Assembly (NCBI GenBank): GCA_030748955.1
Contig: JASMKZ010000002.1
Span: 10,953 to 74,952 of the forward strand
Reading direction: 5' to 3'
DNA from: Fidelibacterota bacterium
GTDB taxonomy: Bacteria > Fidelibacterota > Marinisomatia > SCGC-AAA003-L08 > D37C17
Length of the DNA stretch: 64,000 nucleotides
Under the pieces are notes generated by a model. The model searched no databases. It saw nothing but the letters and a program-made list of their open reading frames with translations, and was not told the DNA's origin. A program made the translations under genes and the position numbers. The stretch's first letter is position 1; each line of letters opens with the position of its first letter. Shown in pieces: positions 40,244 through 51,779 of the stretch.

Positions 40244-40993
40244 ATGAAAAAAATATGCTTTTTAATTGTCCTAACCCAATTTGCATATCCTGCCTTTGAA
40301 AATTCTTTTAAGTTTCAATACTTTGGCTCTACTCTTCTTACTAATCAAAATTCAACTCAATCATACAAATCTAATAATTCTGTAGCTTTTATTCTACCCT
40401 TTGGTCAACCATTTTTAAAACTTGCTACTCTAAATTATTCTCACCCATTTTCCTTTGGGAATTATGCTTTTTATATGGCATCTTCAGGGGACAAACTATA
40501 TCATGAATTTATGACAGAAAATAAATTTGAGCACCTATTGCGTCATAATTATAATTTGGCCGTATTGCTAAATACTTATTTAATTTCCATAGAAAACTAT
40601 TCCACTTATTATACCTTTTCAAGTGGATTTCGCATCAAGTACTCAAATCCAACCCGCTTCTCATATTTTATTGAGTACAAAAACGGCTATTTCATAACCC
40701 AATCCAAATTAAACCATGATATTCCAGAGATTATTCATATTTCAATTTTTCATGAAAATAAGCAAAATCAATTTGTGTTCTCAATAGTGAAAGATATGTT
40801 GTACCCCGTTGATTTTAAAATTTATTGGAGGAATGCTCTGCATCCTAATTGGGCAATAAATTTTGGTTTTATTAATAGCAGCAGGGAAATAATAGGAGGA
40901 TGTAATATTTTAATTGGAAAAGTTTCTCCTGAAATTTTTATTCTACACCATCCCATTTTGGGAATGACATATGGTTTTAAAATCTACTTATAA
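40244..40993 (+). CDS. Putative outer-membrane beta-barrel protein
   Basis: Signal peptide, alternating aromatic beta-strand pattern, terminal 'HPILGMTYGFKIYL'. Confidence 0.6.
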   Translation: MKKICFLIVLTQFAYPAFENSFKFQYFGSTLLTNQNSTQSYKSNNSVAFILPFGQPFLKLATLNYSHPFSFGNYAFYMASSGDKLYHEFMTENKFEHLLRHNYNLAVLLNTYLISIENYSTYYTFSSGFRIKYSNPTRFSYFIEYKNGYFITQSKLNHDIPEIIHISIFHENKQNQFVFSIVKDMLYPVDFKIYWRNALHPNWAINFGFINSSREIIGGCNILIGKVSPEIFILHHPILGMTYGFKIYL

Positions 40994-42395
40994 AATTATT
41001 ATATTATTATTTTCTATACCTTTTTCTCAGGAAAATATATGGAAAAATGCAGAAGATTTTAATCAAAATTCTTTCGAACCTGAAGAAGATTCTTCTTCTA
41101 ATTATTTTCAACGAATACGAATTATTCCTAACGGAAACAACGAAAATTGGCAACAGAAAATCCAAGTCGAAAATAATTTGATCCAACTGGGTCTACGAAT
41201 AGACAAATCCTCTTATCTGGAGTCTATCCAAAATAGAAAAGCATATTTGTCTGTTAAGACTGGGCAATATAATATCATTATTGGGAATGCCCATATTCAA
41301 ACTGGCAACTATCTTTTATATGGTAGTGATTATAACAGTATTAAATCACCAGGGAATTTATTATCGCCGGGGAAAATAAGATGGAATATTTCGCACTATT
41401 TAGGATCAGAAACCAGCTCTAATCCTACGGGGTTGTTTATTTTAAATAATACCAAATCAGCAAATTATTTTATGGGATTAGAAAATTCAACTGTTTCATA
41501 TGGGATTCACAAAACTTGGGAAATAGTAAATGCAATGTTTGTGGGGGCTTTTCCCAAGGGAAGAGGTTTAACGCTTTCACTCTCTTATCAATTAAAAAAT
41601 AATTCTATACAATGTTCAGGAGAAACTGCTCTAAAATCTAATAAGGTTGCTCAGTATTTCCAATTATTCTCAAATGATCCTAATATAAGCTGGTTAGGGC
41701 AATTTAGATTATTACCAACTGATTGGGAAACAATTTCGGGACAACCAACCACAGGGTTTGGAAAATCATCAAATGAAATAGGGTTTTTAATATCCGTCCG
41801 GAAAAAATTGGATGGAATAACTATTTATGGGTGGGCTGATTTATATAGGGAAATACAGAATAAAAATTCATTACCAATAAAATCGGGTGATGATTTTTTA
41901 AGTGGAATTCAGTATAAGAAAAAGGACTCTTTTAATTTTGAAGGTAAGGCTAGAAGAAAAACAAATGCCGAACTTTTTAATGATAATGGCATTTATAATC
42001 TTCAAATGAATAAAAAATACTATTATACCTTCACATTTAAAAAAATGATCGTATTAAAATGGAAATCTGTTCACCTAATGCCAAGTGCTCACACTGGTAA
42101 GCTTATTCAATTACAATCATTAAAATATCAATTTAAAAATTGGTCTGGCGTTTTGGGTGTTGTTTATTTTGATACTGATAATTGGAATTCCCGTCTTTAT
42201 TTAATCGAGCCTGGGTTAAAGGGAGAATTTAGAATTCAACCTTATTTTTTAGAGGGAATTTCAATTTACTCAAAATTGAACTGGAAATTAAATGACATAA
42301 ATTCACTTTCATTTCGCTATTCAACACAAAAGGTATTAGAAAATTTAGAAAAATGGAGCCCAGAATTTGGATTTCAGTTGGATATTGTTTTCTGA
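40971..42395 (+). CDS. Putative outer-membrane beta-barrel protein resembling the C-terminal part of FCB-group helix-hairpin-helix proteins
   Basis: 'IIGN...TGNYLLYG', 'FDTDNWNSRLY', terminal aromatic residue 'QLDIVF'. Confidence 0.55.
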   Translation: MVLKSTYKIIILLFSIPFSQENIWKNAEDFNQNSFEPEEDSSSNYFQRIRIIPNGNNENWQQKIQVENNLIQLGLRIDKSSYLESIQNRKAYLSVKTGQYNIIIGNAHIQTGNYLLYGSDYNSIKSPGNLLSPGKIRWNISHYLGSETSSNPTGLFILNNTKSANYFMGLENSTVSYGIHKTWEIVNAMFVGAFPKGRGLTLSLSYQLKNNSIQCSGETALKSNKVAQYFQLFSNDPNISWLGQFRLLPTDWETISGQPTTGFGKSSNEIGFLISVRKKLDGITIYGWADLYREIQNKNSLPIKSGDDFLSGIQYKKKDSFNFEGKARRKTNAELFNDNGIYNLQMNKKYYYTFTFKKMIVLKWKSVHLMPSAHTGKLIQLQSLKYQFKNWSGVLGVVYFDTDNWNSRLYLIEPGLKGEFRIQPYFLEGISIYSKLNWKLNDINSLSFRYSTQKVLENLEKWSPEFGFQLDIVF

Positions 42396-42421
42396 ATTTC
42401 ATTCAAGGTAAATTTTATAGG

Positions 42422-43894
42422 ATGAATCATACAATTTTCAGATATAAATCGGTACTTTTCTTCTGGCTATTTCTATGTCAATTGCTGATTGGCCAATCAG
42501 AATTGATTTCAAAAACTAAATTATATGATATAAATGGCACCAAATATATTTCTGCAATTGAATATGCTAAAACCCAAAACATCCGTACAATATTTTACGA
42601 TGATAAAGAAAAACTCGAATTCCGTTTTCAAAATGTCAAGTTAGTATTATCCCCCCATTCCTCATTTATTCGTGTTAATGATGAAACCTATCACATGTAT
42701 TTACCTGTTATTTATGATGGTAATGATTTTTACATCCCCATAACTCCATTTCTTGATATTCTAAATAAATCGGGGCTGCCAATTGCCCTAGTTGATTCTT
42801 CAGAAAAATTTGTCTTAACAACAGCACCACTTTATAATGTGAATAGTCTTTCGGTGGAAAACAAGGTTAATGGAACTATCATTGAAATTCATACATCCAA
42901 ACAATTTACTAAAGATGTTTTGGCAGCATCCATTACTCGAGGGGGATGGTTGAATTTAACAATTGCCGGAGCTTTAGTTGACTCTATTAACTTGGTGGAA
43001 TCAAAAATGCAAAAACCTGTGGTGAGAGTTCGAACAATTCAATCCGTAGAATCTGCACAAATATCATTTCTGTTAAAATCTAAAGTTGATGATTTTGAAA
43101 TTGAAACGGATAAAAATAATATTTCTATTTTTCTCAGAACTGCAATGGCAGAGAACGCCGATAAAATAAAAGAGATGCGCAGGCGATGGATGTTAGATAC
43201 AATAGTTATTGATGCCGGACACGGAGGCAAAGACCCTGGAGCTATTGGGCGAAATGGATTGCAAGAAAAAACTGTCAATTTAGACATCGCAAAAAAACTT
43301 GGAAAACTCGTTGAAGCCAATATGGGAATTAAGGTGATCTATACTAGAGATGAAGATGTATTTATTCCACTCTGGAAGCGTACAAAGATTGCTAATGATT
43401 CCGGTGGGAAAGTTTTTATTTCCATCCACGCAAATTCTGTTCCCGGGAGTCCAAATGTTAGGGGGTTTGAAACATTTCTACTCCGTCCAGGAAAAACCAA
43501 AGATGCCATAGAAGTCGCCCAACGTGAAAATGAAGTAGTAGCTTTGGAAGAACTTTTTCATAAATATGAAGAACTATCAAATGATAAATTAATCTTATAC
43601 ACAATGGCCCAAAGTTCGTTTATGAAAGAAAGTGAATTCCTTGCTGCTGAAATTCAAAGAGAGCTAGATAAAGTGCTCACCTCACCAAATAGGGGTGTGA
43701 AGCAGGCAGGATTTCATGTGCTTATAGGGGCTTCCATGCCAAATGTCCTCATTGAATCTGGATTTCTAAGCAATAAGAATGAAAGTAAATTGCTTGGGCA
43801 GTCTCGCTATCGGCAAAAAATAGCACAAGCTATTTTTTCTGCATTGGTTAATTTTAAAGATAAATACGAAAATCCTCTTATTGGAGACAATTAA
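42422..43894 (+). CDS. N-acetylmuramoyl-L-alanine amidase (Amidase_3)
   Basis: IVIDAGHGGKDPGA, EK.VNL, FISIHAN, PNVLIE.GFLSN. Confidence 0.95.
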   Translation: MNHTIFRYKSVLFFWLFLCQLLIGQSELISKTKLYDINGTKYISAIEYAKTQNIRTIFYDDKEKLEFRFQNVKLVLSPHSSFIRVNDETYHMYLPVIYDGNDFYIPITPFLDILNKSGLPIALVDSSEKFVLTTAPLYNVNSLSVENKVNGTIIEIHTSKQFTKDVLAASITRGGWLNLTIAGALVDSINLVESKMQKPVVRVRTIQSVESAQISFLLKSKVDDFEIETDKNNISIFLRTAMAENADKIKEMRRRWMLDTIVIDAGHGGKDPGAIGRNGLQEKTVNLDIAKKLGKLVEANMGIKVIYTRDEDVFIPLWKRTKIANDSGGKVFISIHANSVPGSPNVRGFETFLLRPGKTKDAIEVAQRENEVVALEELFHKYEELSNDKLILYTMAQSSFMKESEFLAAEIQRELDKVLTSPNRGVKQAGFHVLIGASMPNVLIESGFLSNKNESKLLGQSRYRQKIAQAIFSALVNFKDKYENPLIGDN

Positions 43895-44699
43895 ACCCTC
43901 CCAAAATTCTCCTATTGGGATATTTGATAGCGGGCTAGGTGGATTAACCGTGCTTAAGTCTCTTGAAACAATACTCCCAAACGAATCCTTCATTTATTTT
44001 GGAGATACTGCCCATGTGCCATATGGAACTAAATCTGCTGAAACGGTTATCCGTTATTCTCAGCACATTATGGACTTTTTCCAGAAACATGAGACTAAGG
44101 CCGTAGTCATAGCATGTAATACGGCTTCAGCTGTTGCCTTTCAACATTTACAGCAGCTGTATAATATTCCCCTTTTTGATGTGGTAACGCCATCGGTTGA
44201 ATCTGCAATAAATCATACTAAAAATAATAATATAGGCGTGGTAGGCACTTTCAGCACAATTTATTCAAATGCATATACTAAAATGTTTCAAAAGCTCGGT
44301 AGCGGTTGTAATGTAAAGGAGATTGCATGCCCATTATTTGTGCCCATTATAGAAGAAGGTTGGGCAAATACAGATATTGCAGAAAATATTGCAAAAACCT
44401 ATTTAAATGAATTCCAAAACATTAATATTGATACACTCATTTTGGGTTGTACGCATTATCCTATCATGGTAAATACTATCCAAAAAGTTCTTTCTAGTCA
44501 AATTAATTTAGTCTATTCTGGAAAAACGGTTGGAATTAAATTGAAAAAATATTTAAAAAAACAAAATTGTGAAAATTCTCCTCTATCATCACAGCCTGCT
44601 AAATATTTTGTTACTGACTTCCCCCAAAAATTTGATGAGTTAGGAAGCAGGTTTTTAGGTCGTCAATTAAATAATGTGGTACATATTTCCATCATTTAA
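43881..44699 (+). CDS. murI: Glutamate racemase
   Basis: FDSGLGG, PYG.KS, ACNTAS, LGCTHYP. Confidence 0.97.
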   Translation: METIKPSQNSPIGIFDSGLGGLTVLKSLETILPNESFIYFGDTAHVPYGTKSAETVIRYSQHIMDFFQKHETKAVVIACNTASAVAFQHLQQLYNIPLFDVVTPSVESAINHTKNNNIGVVGTFSTIYSNAYTKMFQKLGSGCNVKEIACPLFVPIIEEGWANTDIAENIAKTYLNEFQNINIDTLILGCTHYPIMVNTIQKVLSSQINLVYSGKTVGIKLKKYLKKQNCENSPLSSQPAKYFVTDFPQKFDELGSRFLGRQLNNVVHISII

Positions 44700-45901
44700 T
44701 GAATTCCATTCAATATCTTCTTTCTATTGAGACAAGGGGAATTAAACTAGGTCTTGAACGTACTCATGAGTTGATGGCTGTATGTGGAAATCCACAATCA
44801 AATTTACCATCAATACAGGTGGCTGGCACAAATGGCAAAGGATCCGTTTCTGCAATGTTGGCTAATATTTTTAAAACTTCAAATTATAAAACAGGTTTAT
44901 TTACTTCGCCTCATTTGGTAAAAGTAAATGAGAGAATCCGTATTAATGATAATACAATTTCTGATGAAGATATAGATGTATTTATCAGAACATTTAAAAA
45001 ACAAATTGAAAAAACTGGAGCTACCTTTTTTGAAACCATTACAGCAATGGCATTTTGGTATTTTAAAAAAGAAAATGTGGATATTGCTATTTTAGAAACG
45101 GGATTAGGTGGTCGGCTGGACAGTGTGTCAGTCTGTGAACCTTTAGCAACTGTAATAACCCCTATTTCTCTTGATCACGTTGAGATTTTAGGTGATACTT
45201 TATCTAAAATTGCCTTTGAAAAAGCGGGGATATTAAAATATAATATCCCCTGTATAAGCGCGAAACAGAAAGATGAGGCAAAAGAAATATTGGTGACTGA
45301 AGGGAGAAAAATAGGCGCTCCAATACATTTTGTAGCTGATAAAACACCCTCGGAATATAAAGTTAATATTCCTGGTTTAAATCAACAAGAGAATGCTCAT
45401 TTAGCTGTTTCAACTCTTAAATTTATCAATGATTTTTATATTCCACAATCTTCTCTAAAAAAAGGATTAAATACTGTACAATGGTTCGGTAGAAACCAGC
45501 AAATTAGAGAAGACCCTCATATTGTTTTTGATGTTGCACATAATGTTGAAAGTATGCAGTCCTTTTTAGAATATTATTCATCATTGGGAATTACGGGTAA
45601 ATCTATTTTAATAATAGCGCTTCAGGCTCGAAAACATATAAAACCATTGGTTTCTACTTTTCAAAAGGTATTTAGTCATATTATCTGTACAGAAGCTCCA
45701 GGGCATAACCCCATGGATGGTAATGTTTTGGGGGCATTTTTTAACAACATAAACCAAACTGAAATTATCTCCAATCCAGAGAAAGCCATACGACATGGTA
45801 TAGATAATATTTCTTTGGGAGATAGTATGGCAATTATTGGTTCTCATTGCCTTGGACCTGCAGTAAGTAAGGTGTTTAAAATATCCTTTGACAAATATTA
45901 A
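44699..45901 (+). CDS. folC: Folylpolyglutamate synthase / dihydrofolate synthase
   Basis: GTNGKGS, TSPHL..VNERI, ETGLGGRLD, D.AHN. Confidence 0.96.
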   Translation: MNSIQYLLSIETRGIKLGLERTHELMAVCGNPQSNLPSIQVAGTNGKGSVSAMLANIFKTSNYKTGLFTSPHLVKVNERIRINDNTISDEDIDVFIRTFKKQIEKTGATFFETITAMAFWYFKKENVDIAILETGLGGRLDSVSVCEPLATVITPISLDHVEILGDTLSKIAFEKAGILKYNIPCISAKQKDEAKEILVTEGRKIGAPIHFVADKTPSEYKVNIPGLNQQENAHLAVSTLKFINDFYIPQSSLKKGLNTVQWFGRNQQIREDPHIVFDVAHNVESMQSFLEYYSSLGITGKSILIIALQARKHIKPLVSTFQKVFSHIICTEAPGHNPMDGNVLGAFFNNINQTEIISNPEKAIRHGIDNISLGDSMAIIGSHCLGPAVSKVFKISFDKY

Positions 45902-46004
45902 AGAGTCCTTATATTTGAACACGGGGACAGCTCCCTATTCCTCGATAAATCCAAAATTCAATTTTTCTCAATTCATAATTCAATATTAATCAAAAGGATA
46001 TTAC

Positions 46005-47252
46005 ATGGATACTAGTGAACTACAAGGATTGACCGTTAAAGAACTGCAAAAATTTGCAGGTGATCTTGGTTCAACCGATTCTTCCGGAATGCGGAAACAG
46101 GATCTCATAAAGGAAATTCTAGGCATCCAGGCAAAGAAAAAGGGGAATATCTTTGCTTCCGGTGTATTGGAAGTTCTACCAGATGGTTATGGCTTTTTAC
46201 GTTCTCAGGATTATAGCTATTTACCCGGACCCGATGATATTTATGTTTCTCATTCTCAAATTAAAAGATTTAAACTCCGAACGGGGCATCAAATTTCCGG
46301 GCAGGTTCGTCCACCAAAAGACAGCGAAAGATTCTTTGCATTACTTAGAGTTGATACTGTAAATGGAGTGGCTCCAGAAAAAAATAGAAATATTGTATAT
46401 TTTGATAATTTAACCCCCCTCTTCCCTGAAGAACATATTAAGCTCGAAACTACAGCAAAGGAGTATTCAACACGTATAATTGATCTTCTGGCTCCTATTG
46501 GAAAGGGGCAGCGTGGACTTATAGTGGCACAACCTAAAACTGGTAAAACTATGCTCATGCAGAAAATTGCCAATGCCATAACAACTAATGATCAAAAAAT
46601 TAAAGTGATAATCCTTCTTATTGATGAGCGTCCTGAAGAGGTGACAGATATGTCAAGATCAGTGGATGCTCTTGTAATTGGTTCTACTTTTGATGAACCT
46701 TCAGAAAGGCATGTGCAGGTAAGTGAGATGGTTATTGAAAAAGCGAAACGAATGGTAGAGGGGGGCGAAGATGTGGTGATACTGTTAGATTCTCTTACTC
46801 GTTTAGCTCGAGCCTATAATACCGTAATTCCCCATAGTGGAAAAATTCTTACAGGTGGTGTAGATTCAAACGCTCTTCATAAACCTAAGCGGTTTTTCGG
46901 CGCGGCACGTAATGTTGAAGATGGTGGAAGTCTTACTATTATTTCAACGGCCTTAATTGATACTGGTAGTCGAATGGATGAGGTTATTTTTGAAGAATTT
47001 AAGGGTACCGGTAATCAGGAGTTGGTGTTGGATAGATCTCTCAGTGATCGTCGAGTTTATCCATCTATGGATATAAAACGATCAGGAACTCGCAGGGAAG
47101 ATAAACTTATGGGTCGAAAAGACCTCTCCAGAATTTGGTTATTAAGAAAATTATTAGATGAAATGACCACTGTAGAAGCAATGGAATTCCTCTTGGGAAA
47201 ATTGGGACATACCAAAAGCAATCGTGAATTTCTCGATTCAATGAGTACTTAA
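46005..47252 (+). CDS. rho: Transcription termination factor Rho
   Basis: [40 protein letters not shown]. Confidence 0.98.
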   Translation: MDTSELQGLTVKELQKFAGDLGSTDSSGMRKQDLIKEILGIQAKKKGNIFASGVLEVLPDGYGFLRSQDYSYLPGPDDIYVSHSQIKRFKLRTGHQISGQVRPPKDSERFFALLRVDTVNGVAPEKNRNIVYFDNLTPLFPEEHIKLETTAKEYSTRIIDLLAPIGKGQRGLIVAQPKTGKTMLMQKIANAITTNDQKIKVIILLIDERPEEVTDMSRSVDALVIGSTFDEPSERHVQVSEMVIEKAKRMVEGGEDVVILLDSLTRLARAYNTVIPHSGKILTGGVDSNALHKPKRFFGAARNVEDGGSLTIISTALIDTGSRMDEVIFEEFKGTGNQELVLDRSLSDRRVYPSMDIKRSGTRREDKLMGRKDLSRIWLLRKLLDEMTTVEAMEFLLGKLGHTKSNREFLDSMST

Positions 47253-47255
47253 TTA

Positions 47256-48431
47256 ATGTTGACTGAAAGAATAGGAAGAATTACTCCCTCCGCTACCCTT
47301 GCCATGACCGCAAAGGCAGCAGAGCTTCGGGCAGCTGGAAAACCCGTTATAAACCTCAGCGTAGGAGAGCCAGATTTTCCAACACCTAAAAATATTCGAT
47401 TAGCCGGTCAGCGTGCAATTGAAGAAGGCCATACCCGCTACACTCCTGGTGGCGGAACAATGGAATTAAAAAAAGCGGTTGTTGAAAAACTAAGTCGAGA
47501 CAATAACTTACACTATGATACATCACAAATTCTTATTTCCTGTGGTGGAAAACACTCTCTTTACAATGCCTGTCAGGCGCTTTTTCAAAGGGGTGATGAA
47601 GTAATAATATTCTCACCATATTGGGTATCATTTCCAGATTTTGTTTCAGTAACCGGCGCTAAACCTGTCTTCGTAAATACAGATCCATTACATCAATTTG
47701 AACCGGTTTTAGATGATTTGAAAGCCAAAATAACACCTCGGACAAAGGGTATCATAATTAATTCGCCTTCTAATCCAACTGGTGGAGTTTGGAGTGATGA
47801 AACTATATTAAAAGTGTTAGAAATTGCTCAAGATGCAAATGCGTGGATTTTTTCCGATGAATGTTATGAACAGCTAACTTATGATAAACCCTATATCAGT
47901 ACAGCAGTGTTGGGAGAAAACACCGAAAAAGTGTTAACTTTTCAATCTTGCTCAAAAACATATGCTATGACTGGTTGGCGAATTGGATATGTGGCGGGAG
48001 ATGAAAAGGTAATTCAAGCCATGGGAAAATTACAGGGACAAAGTACCTCTTGTCCTTGCTCAATCGCTCAGGTTGCTGCTACTGAAGCGCTAATTGGAGA
48101 CCAATCGGCGGTTGCAATAATGCGAAATGTATTTAAAAAGCGTAGAGATTATATTGTTAACCGACTAAATAAAATGAATGGCGTTCATTGCGACAATCCT
48201 GGTGGTGCTTTTTATGTTTTCCCAGATTTTAGTACCCTTATGGGTAGCAACAAAAAAATTCAGTCTTCCAATGATTTATCCATGTATTTATTGGAACAAA
48301 AGGCAGTCGTTACAGTTGCAGGGAAGGCATTTGGAAGTGATGGCAATGTTCGATTTTCTTATGCAGCCTCAGATGAGGACCTGTCTCGAGCAATGGATTT
48401 ATTAGAAGAAACATTAACAGAATTAGAGTAA
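47256..48431 (+). CDS. aspC: Class I PLP aminotransferase (aspartate aminotransferase-like)
   Basis: GEPDF, NSPSNPTG, DE.YE, SKTYAMTGWRIGY. Confidence 0.9.
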   Translation: MLTERIGRITPSATLAMTAKAAELRAAGKPVINLSVGEPDFPTPKNIRLAGQRAIEEGHTRYTPGGGTMELKKAVVEKLSRDNNLHYDTSQILISCGGKHSLYNACQALFQRGDEVIIFSPYWVSFPDFVSVTGAKPVFVNTDPLHQFEPVLDDLKAKITPRTKGIIINSPSNPTGGVWSDETILKVLEIAQDANAWIFSDECYEQLTYDKPYISTAVLGENTEKVLTFQSCSKTYAMTGWRIGYVAGDEKVIQAMGKLQGQSTSCPCSIAQVAATEALIGDQSAVAIMRNVFKKRRDYIVNRLNKMNGVHCDNPGGAFYVFPDFSTLMGSNKKIQSSNDLSMYLLEQKAVVTVAGKAFGSDGNVRFSYAASDEDLSRAMDLLEETLTELE

Positions 48432-48449
48432 TGAGGAGAAAAAAATAAC

Positions 48450-48668
48450 ATGAAAAAAGGAATACATCCAGAATACCATTTATCAATGGTACACTGTGCG
48501 TGTGGAAATAATTTCGAAACGCGTGCTACCGTTGATAAAATAAATGTGGAAATTTGTAGTGAATGTCATCCATATTTTACGGGAAAACAGAATCTTGTAG
48601 ATACTGCAGGAAGAATCGAAAAATATATGGAAAAATATAAGCTCACTAAGAGTGATATAGAAGAGTAG
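48450..48668 (+). CDS. rpmE: 50S ribosomal protein L31 (Zn-ribbon type)
   Basis: [28 protein letters not shown]. Confidence 0.97.
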   Translation: MKKGIHPEYHLSMVHCACGNNFETRATVDKINVEICSECHPYFTGKQNLVDTAGRIEKYMEKYKLTKSDIEE

Positions 48669-48685
48669 TTAAATTACCATTAAAT

Positions 48686-48719
48686 AAAGCGGTTTCCGTT
48701 TAAAAGCGGAACCGCTTTT
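48686..48719 (+). terminator. Intrinsic terminator after rpmE
   Basis: aaagcggtttccg-tttaaaag-cggaaccgctttt. Confidence 0.8.
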
Positions 48720-48729
48720 GTTTATTCCT

Positions 48730-49713
48730 ATGAAAAAAAGACTATTATACCATTTACGCCTGCTAATCAGCCAATCTTCCATTCTAGTTGGTGGACAAGC
48801 CGTTATGGAAGGAGTTATGATGCGAGTTCCTGGAGCCTATGCAACAGCGGTACGGGATCCACAGGGGAACATACAAATTGATAGACATGAATTTAAATCT
48901 ATAATTGAACAATATCCCTTTTTAAAAAAACCTTTATTAAGAGGGATGTTAGGGTTGTTTGAATCTTTAAAAATTGGATACTCTACCTTACAATGGTCAG
49001 CTGAAATCAGCCTGTCTGAAGAGGAAAATAGTAAAGAACCCAGCAGGTTTGTAGATATCCTGCTCACCCTGTTTTCCTTTGGATTGGCTTTGGGTTTATT
49101 TTTTGTAGCTCCAATAGGACTTACATCCTGGCTATTTGATAAAGATCAGGATGCTTTCCTATTCAACCTTATTTCTGGTTTATTCCGAGTAATATTTTTT
49201 CTAACTTATTTAATACTAATTTCCCTCATGAAAGATGTGCGCCGCCTTTTCCAATATCATGGAGCAGAGCATAAGACCGTGTATAATTTTGAGTCTGGTA
49301 AAAAACTCGAGATTGCAAATGCTCAACAATTTTCAACCCAACATCCTCGTTGCGGTACCAGCTTTCTTTTTATTATCATGATAGTAGCAATTTTATCCTT
49401 TGCAATATTAGATTCATTTGTTTTGTTTTATATAGATGAGTTTAAAATATGGATGCGCCTAATCCTTCATATCCCTTTTATACCAGTTGTAGCTGGGCTG
49501 GGATATGAAGTGCTAAAGCTTACCGCAAAACATCGTAGCAATATATTCTTTAGGGCGTTGGCGCAGCCCGGTTTATGGCTTCAAAACATTACCACCAAAC
49601 AGCCAGATGATGAACAGGTAGAGGTTGCCCTTAGGGCCTTAAAAGAAGCTTTTGGCAATAAACTCTCTCAATATTCTAAGGGCGAAACCTATGTGGCAGA
49701 GGCTATCGGATGA
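48730..49713 (+). CDS. DUF1385 (YqhQ-like) membrane protein
   Basis: [33 protein letters not shown]; usual rpmE-prfA neighbour. Confidence 0.92.
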   Translation: MKKRLLYHLRLLISQSSILVGGQAVMEGVMMRVPGAYATAVRDPQGNIQIDRHEFKSIIEQYPFLKKPLLRGMLGLFESLKIGYSTLQWSAEISLSEEENSKEPSRFVDILLTLFSFGLALGLFFVAPIGLTSWLFDKDQDAFLFNLISGLFRVIFFLTYLILISLMKDVRRLFQYHGAEHKTVYNFESGKKLEIANAQQFSTQHPRCGTSFLFIIMIVAILSFAILDSFVLFYIDEFKIWMRLILHIPFIPVVAGLGYEVLKLTAKHRSNIFFRALAQPGLWLQNITTKQPDDEQVEVALRALKEAFGNKLSQYSKGETYVAEAIG

Positions 49714-50771
49714 TTGATAAACTTCAAACTATTATTGAACGTTATGATACATTGGCTGAACTCATGAGTCAACCTGATGCCATGCATAATATGAAAGCCT
49801 TTACTCAATTAGCCCGTGAACATAGCGGTCTCACTGAATTAGTTGAGCTTTCAAAAAAATATATCGACACCTACAAACAACTTCAAGATGATGAAGAAAT
49901 TCTTAACGGAGATGATCCTGAATTGAAAGAATTGGTGAGAGATGAAATTGGACATTTACGTGAAGACATTGCCTTACAGGAAGAAAGGTTAAAAGTACTT
50001 CTTATTCCTAAAGACCCAAATGATAATAAAAATACTATTCTTGAAATTAGATCAGGGACAGGAGGAGATGAGGCTGCATTATTTGCAGGCAATTTGTACC
50101 GTATGTATCTGCGATTTGCAGAACGCCAGAATTGGAAATCAGAAATCATGACCCTCCATGACAATGAAGGTGGCGGCATAAAAGAAGTTATTGTAACTAT
50201 TGTAGGTGAAGGTGCTTATGGGCTACTAAAATTTGAGTCTGGCGTTCATCGTGTACAACGGATTCCAGAGACTGAGTCTAGCGGGAGGGTCCATACCAGC
50301 GCCGCAACGGTTGCAGTTCTTCCGGAGGCGGAAGATGTGGATATAGAAGTAAACGAAGGTGACCTTAAAATTGATACCTATAGAGCTTCTGGTGCTGGTG
50401 GACAGCACGTAAATAAAACTGAGTCAGCTATTCGAATAACCCATAATCCGACAGGGCTGGTTGTGACCTGCCAAGATGAAACTTCTCAGCATAAAAATAG
50501 AGATAAGGCTATGAAGGTATTGCGCTCTCGCCTCTATGAACTGGAAATGGAAAAGCAACACCATGAACGTGCAGATGCTCGAAAATCTATGGTTTCTACT
50601 GGCGATCGAAGCGCTAAGATTCGCACCTATAATTTTCCACAGGGTCGTGTAACAGACCACCGAATTAATCTCACACTTTACAAATTAAACGACATCATGG
50701 ATGGCGATCTTACTGAGACAATTGAAGCACTGCAATTGGAAGATCAAAAAGCCGCCATGGAGGCAGTATAA
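49710..50771 (+). CDS. prfA: Peptide chain release factor 1
   Basis: PET specificity tripeptide, [24 protein letters not shown]. Confidence 0.98.
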   Translation: MIDKLQTIIERYDTLAELMSQPDAMHNMKAFTQLAREHSGLTELVELSKKYIDTYKQLQDDEEILNGDDPELKELVRDEIGHLREDIALQEERLKVLLIPKDPNDNKNTILEIRSGTGGDEAALFAGNLYRMYLRFAERQNWKSEIMTLHDNEGGGIKEVIVTIVGEGAYGLLKFESGVHRVQRIPETESSGRVHTSAATVAVLPEAEDVDIEVNEGDLKIDTYRASGAGGQHVNKTESAIRITHNPTGLVVTCQDETSQHKNRDKAMKVLRSRLYELEMEKQHHERADARKSMVSTGDRSAKIRTYNFPQGRVTDHRINLTLYKLNDIMDGDLTETIEALQLEDQKAAMEAV

Positions 50772-50927
50772 TTGTATTTTGTTCAACAACTTTTCTAAGT
50801 TGTTTCTGTTTTAGCACAACTATTAAATATATAAAAAGCAGGAGAGCAAGCGTAAGCCCGTTTTTAATTGTGTTAATCCGTGTCAATCTGTGGTTAATTT
50901 AATAGTAATAATATTTTAACAATTCAA

Positions 50928-51779
50928 ATGACCACAAACACCAAGCTCTGGCGTATTATTGACCTCATCAACTGGGGTACCAATCATTTTACGGCAAAAG
51001 GTTTAAATAATGCCCGCCGGGAAATGGAATGGTTTCTCTGTGAGATTCTTGCCTGTAAGCGCATTGATCTTTATGTTCGTTTTGAAGAAATAATGAGTGA
51101 AAGTGAGATGAAAATTTTCCGAGAAATGGTAAAACGCCGTATTTCTGGTGAACCCTTCCAGCATATTATTGGCAAAGCACCCTTTTATGGTCGAGATTTT
51201 ATCGTTAATCAAAATGTACTCATTCCTCGCCCCGAAACAGAAATCCTTATCGAACGTATAAAAACCAACGGAAAAGTAGGTTCACTACTAGATATAGGTA
51301 CGGGTACGGGTTGTATTGCTATCACAGCAGAAATAGAAAACTTAGCTGATAATATATTTGCTACTGATATTTCTGAAGCCTCCATTGAAATTGCAAAAAA
51401 GAATATGGCACTACATCATGTAGAAAAAATCCAATTTGCCCGCCATGATTTTCTAAGGCAAAATTTTAAATCCAATTTTGATGTAGTCGTTTCTAATCCT
51501 CCTTATATTGCTGTAAATGAAATGAATGCTCTTCAAGCCGAAGTAAAAGATTATGACCCTCCATCAGCCCTCACAGATTATAGTGACGGACTTACTTTTT
51601 ACCATCATTTTTCCAAACAGTTTGATAATTTATTAAAACAAGATGGCTATTTACTTTTAGAGATTGGTGGTAGTGATCAACAAAATGCTGTAGAATCTAT
51701 TTTTCAAAATGCAGGATTCAACACCGAATTTTTCAAAGACCTGCAACAGGATTGGAGAATAGTTGAGGTGCGTAGATGA
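50928..51779 (+). CDS. prmC: Release factor glutamine methyltransferase
   Basis: GEP.QHI.G, LIPRPETE, DIGTGTG, SNPPY. Confidence 0.96.
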   Translation: MTTNTKLWRIIDLINWGTNHFTAKGLNNARREMEWFLCEILACKRIDLYVRFEEIMSESEMKIFREMVKRRISGEPFQHIIGKAPFYGRDFIVNQNVLIPRPETEILIERIKTNGKVGSLLDIGTGTGCIAITAEIENLADNIFATDISEASIEIAKKNMALHHVEKIQFARHDFLRQNFKSNFDVVVSNPPYIAVNEMNALQAEVKDYDPPSALTDYSDGLTFYHHFSKQFDNLLKQDGYLLLEIGGSDQQNAVESIFQNAGFNTEFFKDLQQDWRIVEVRR

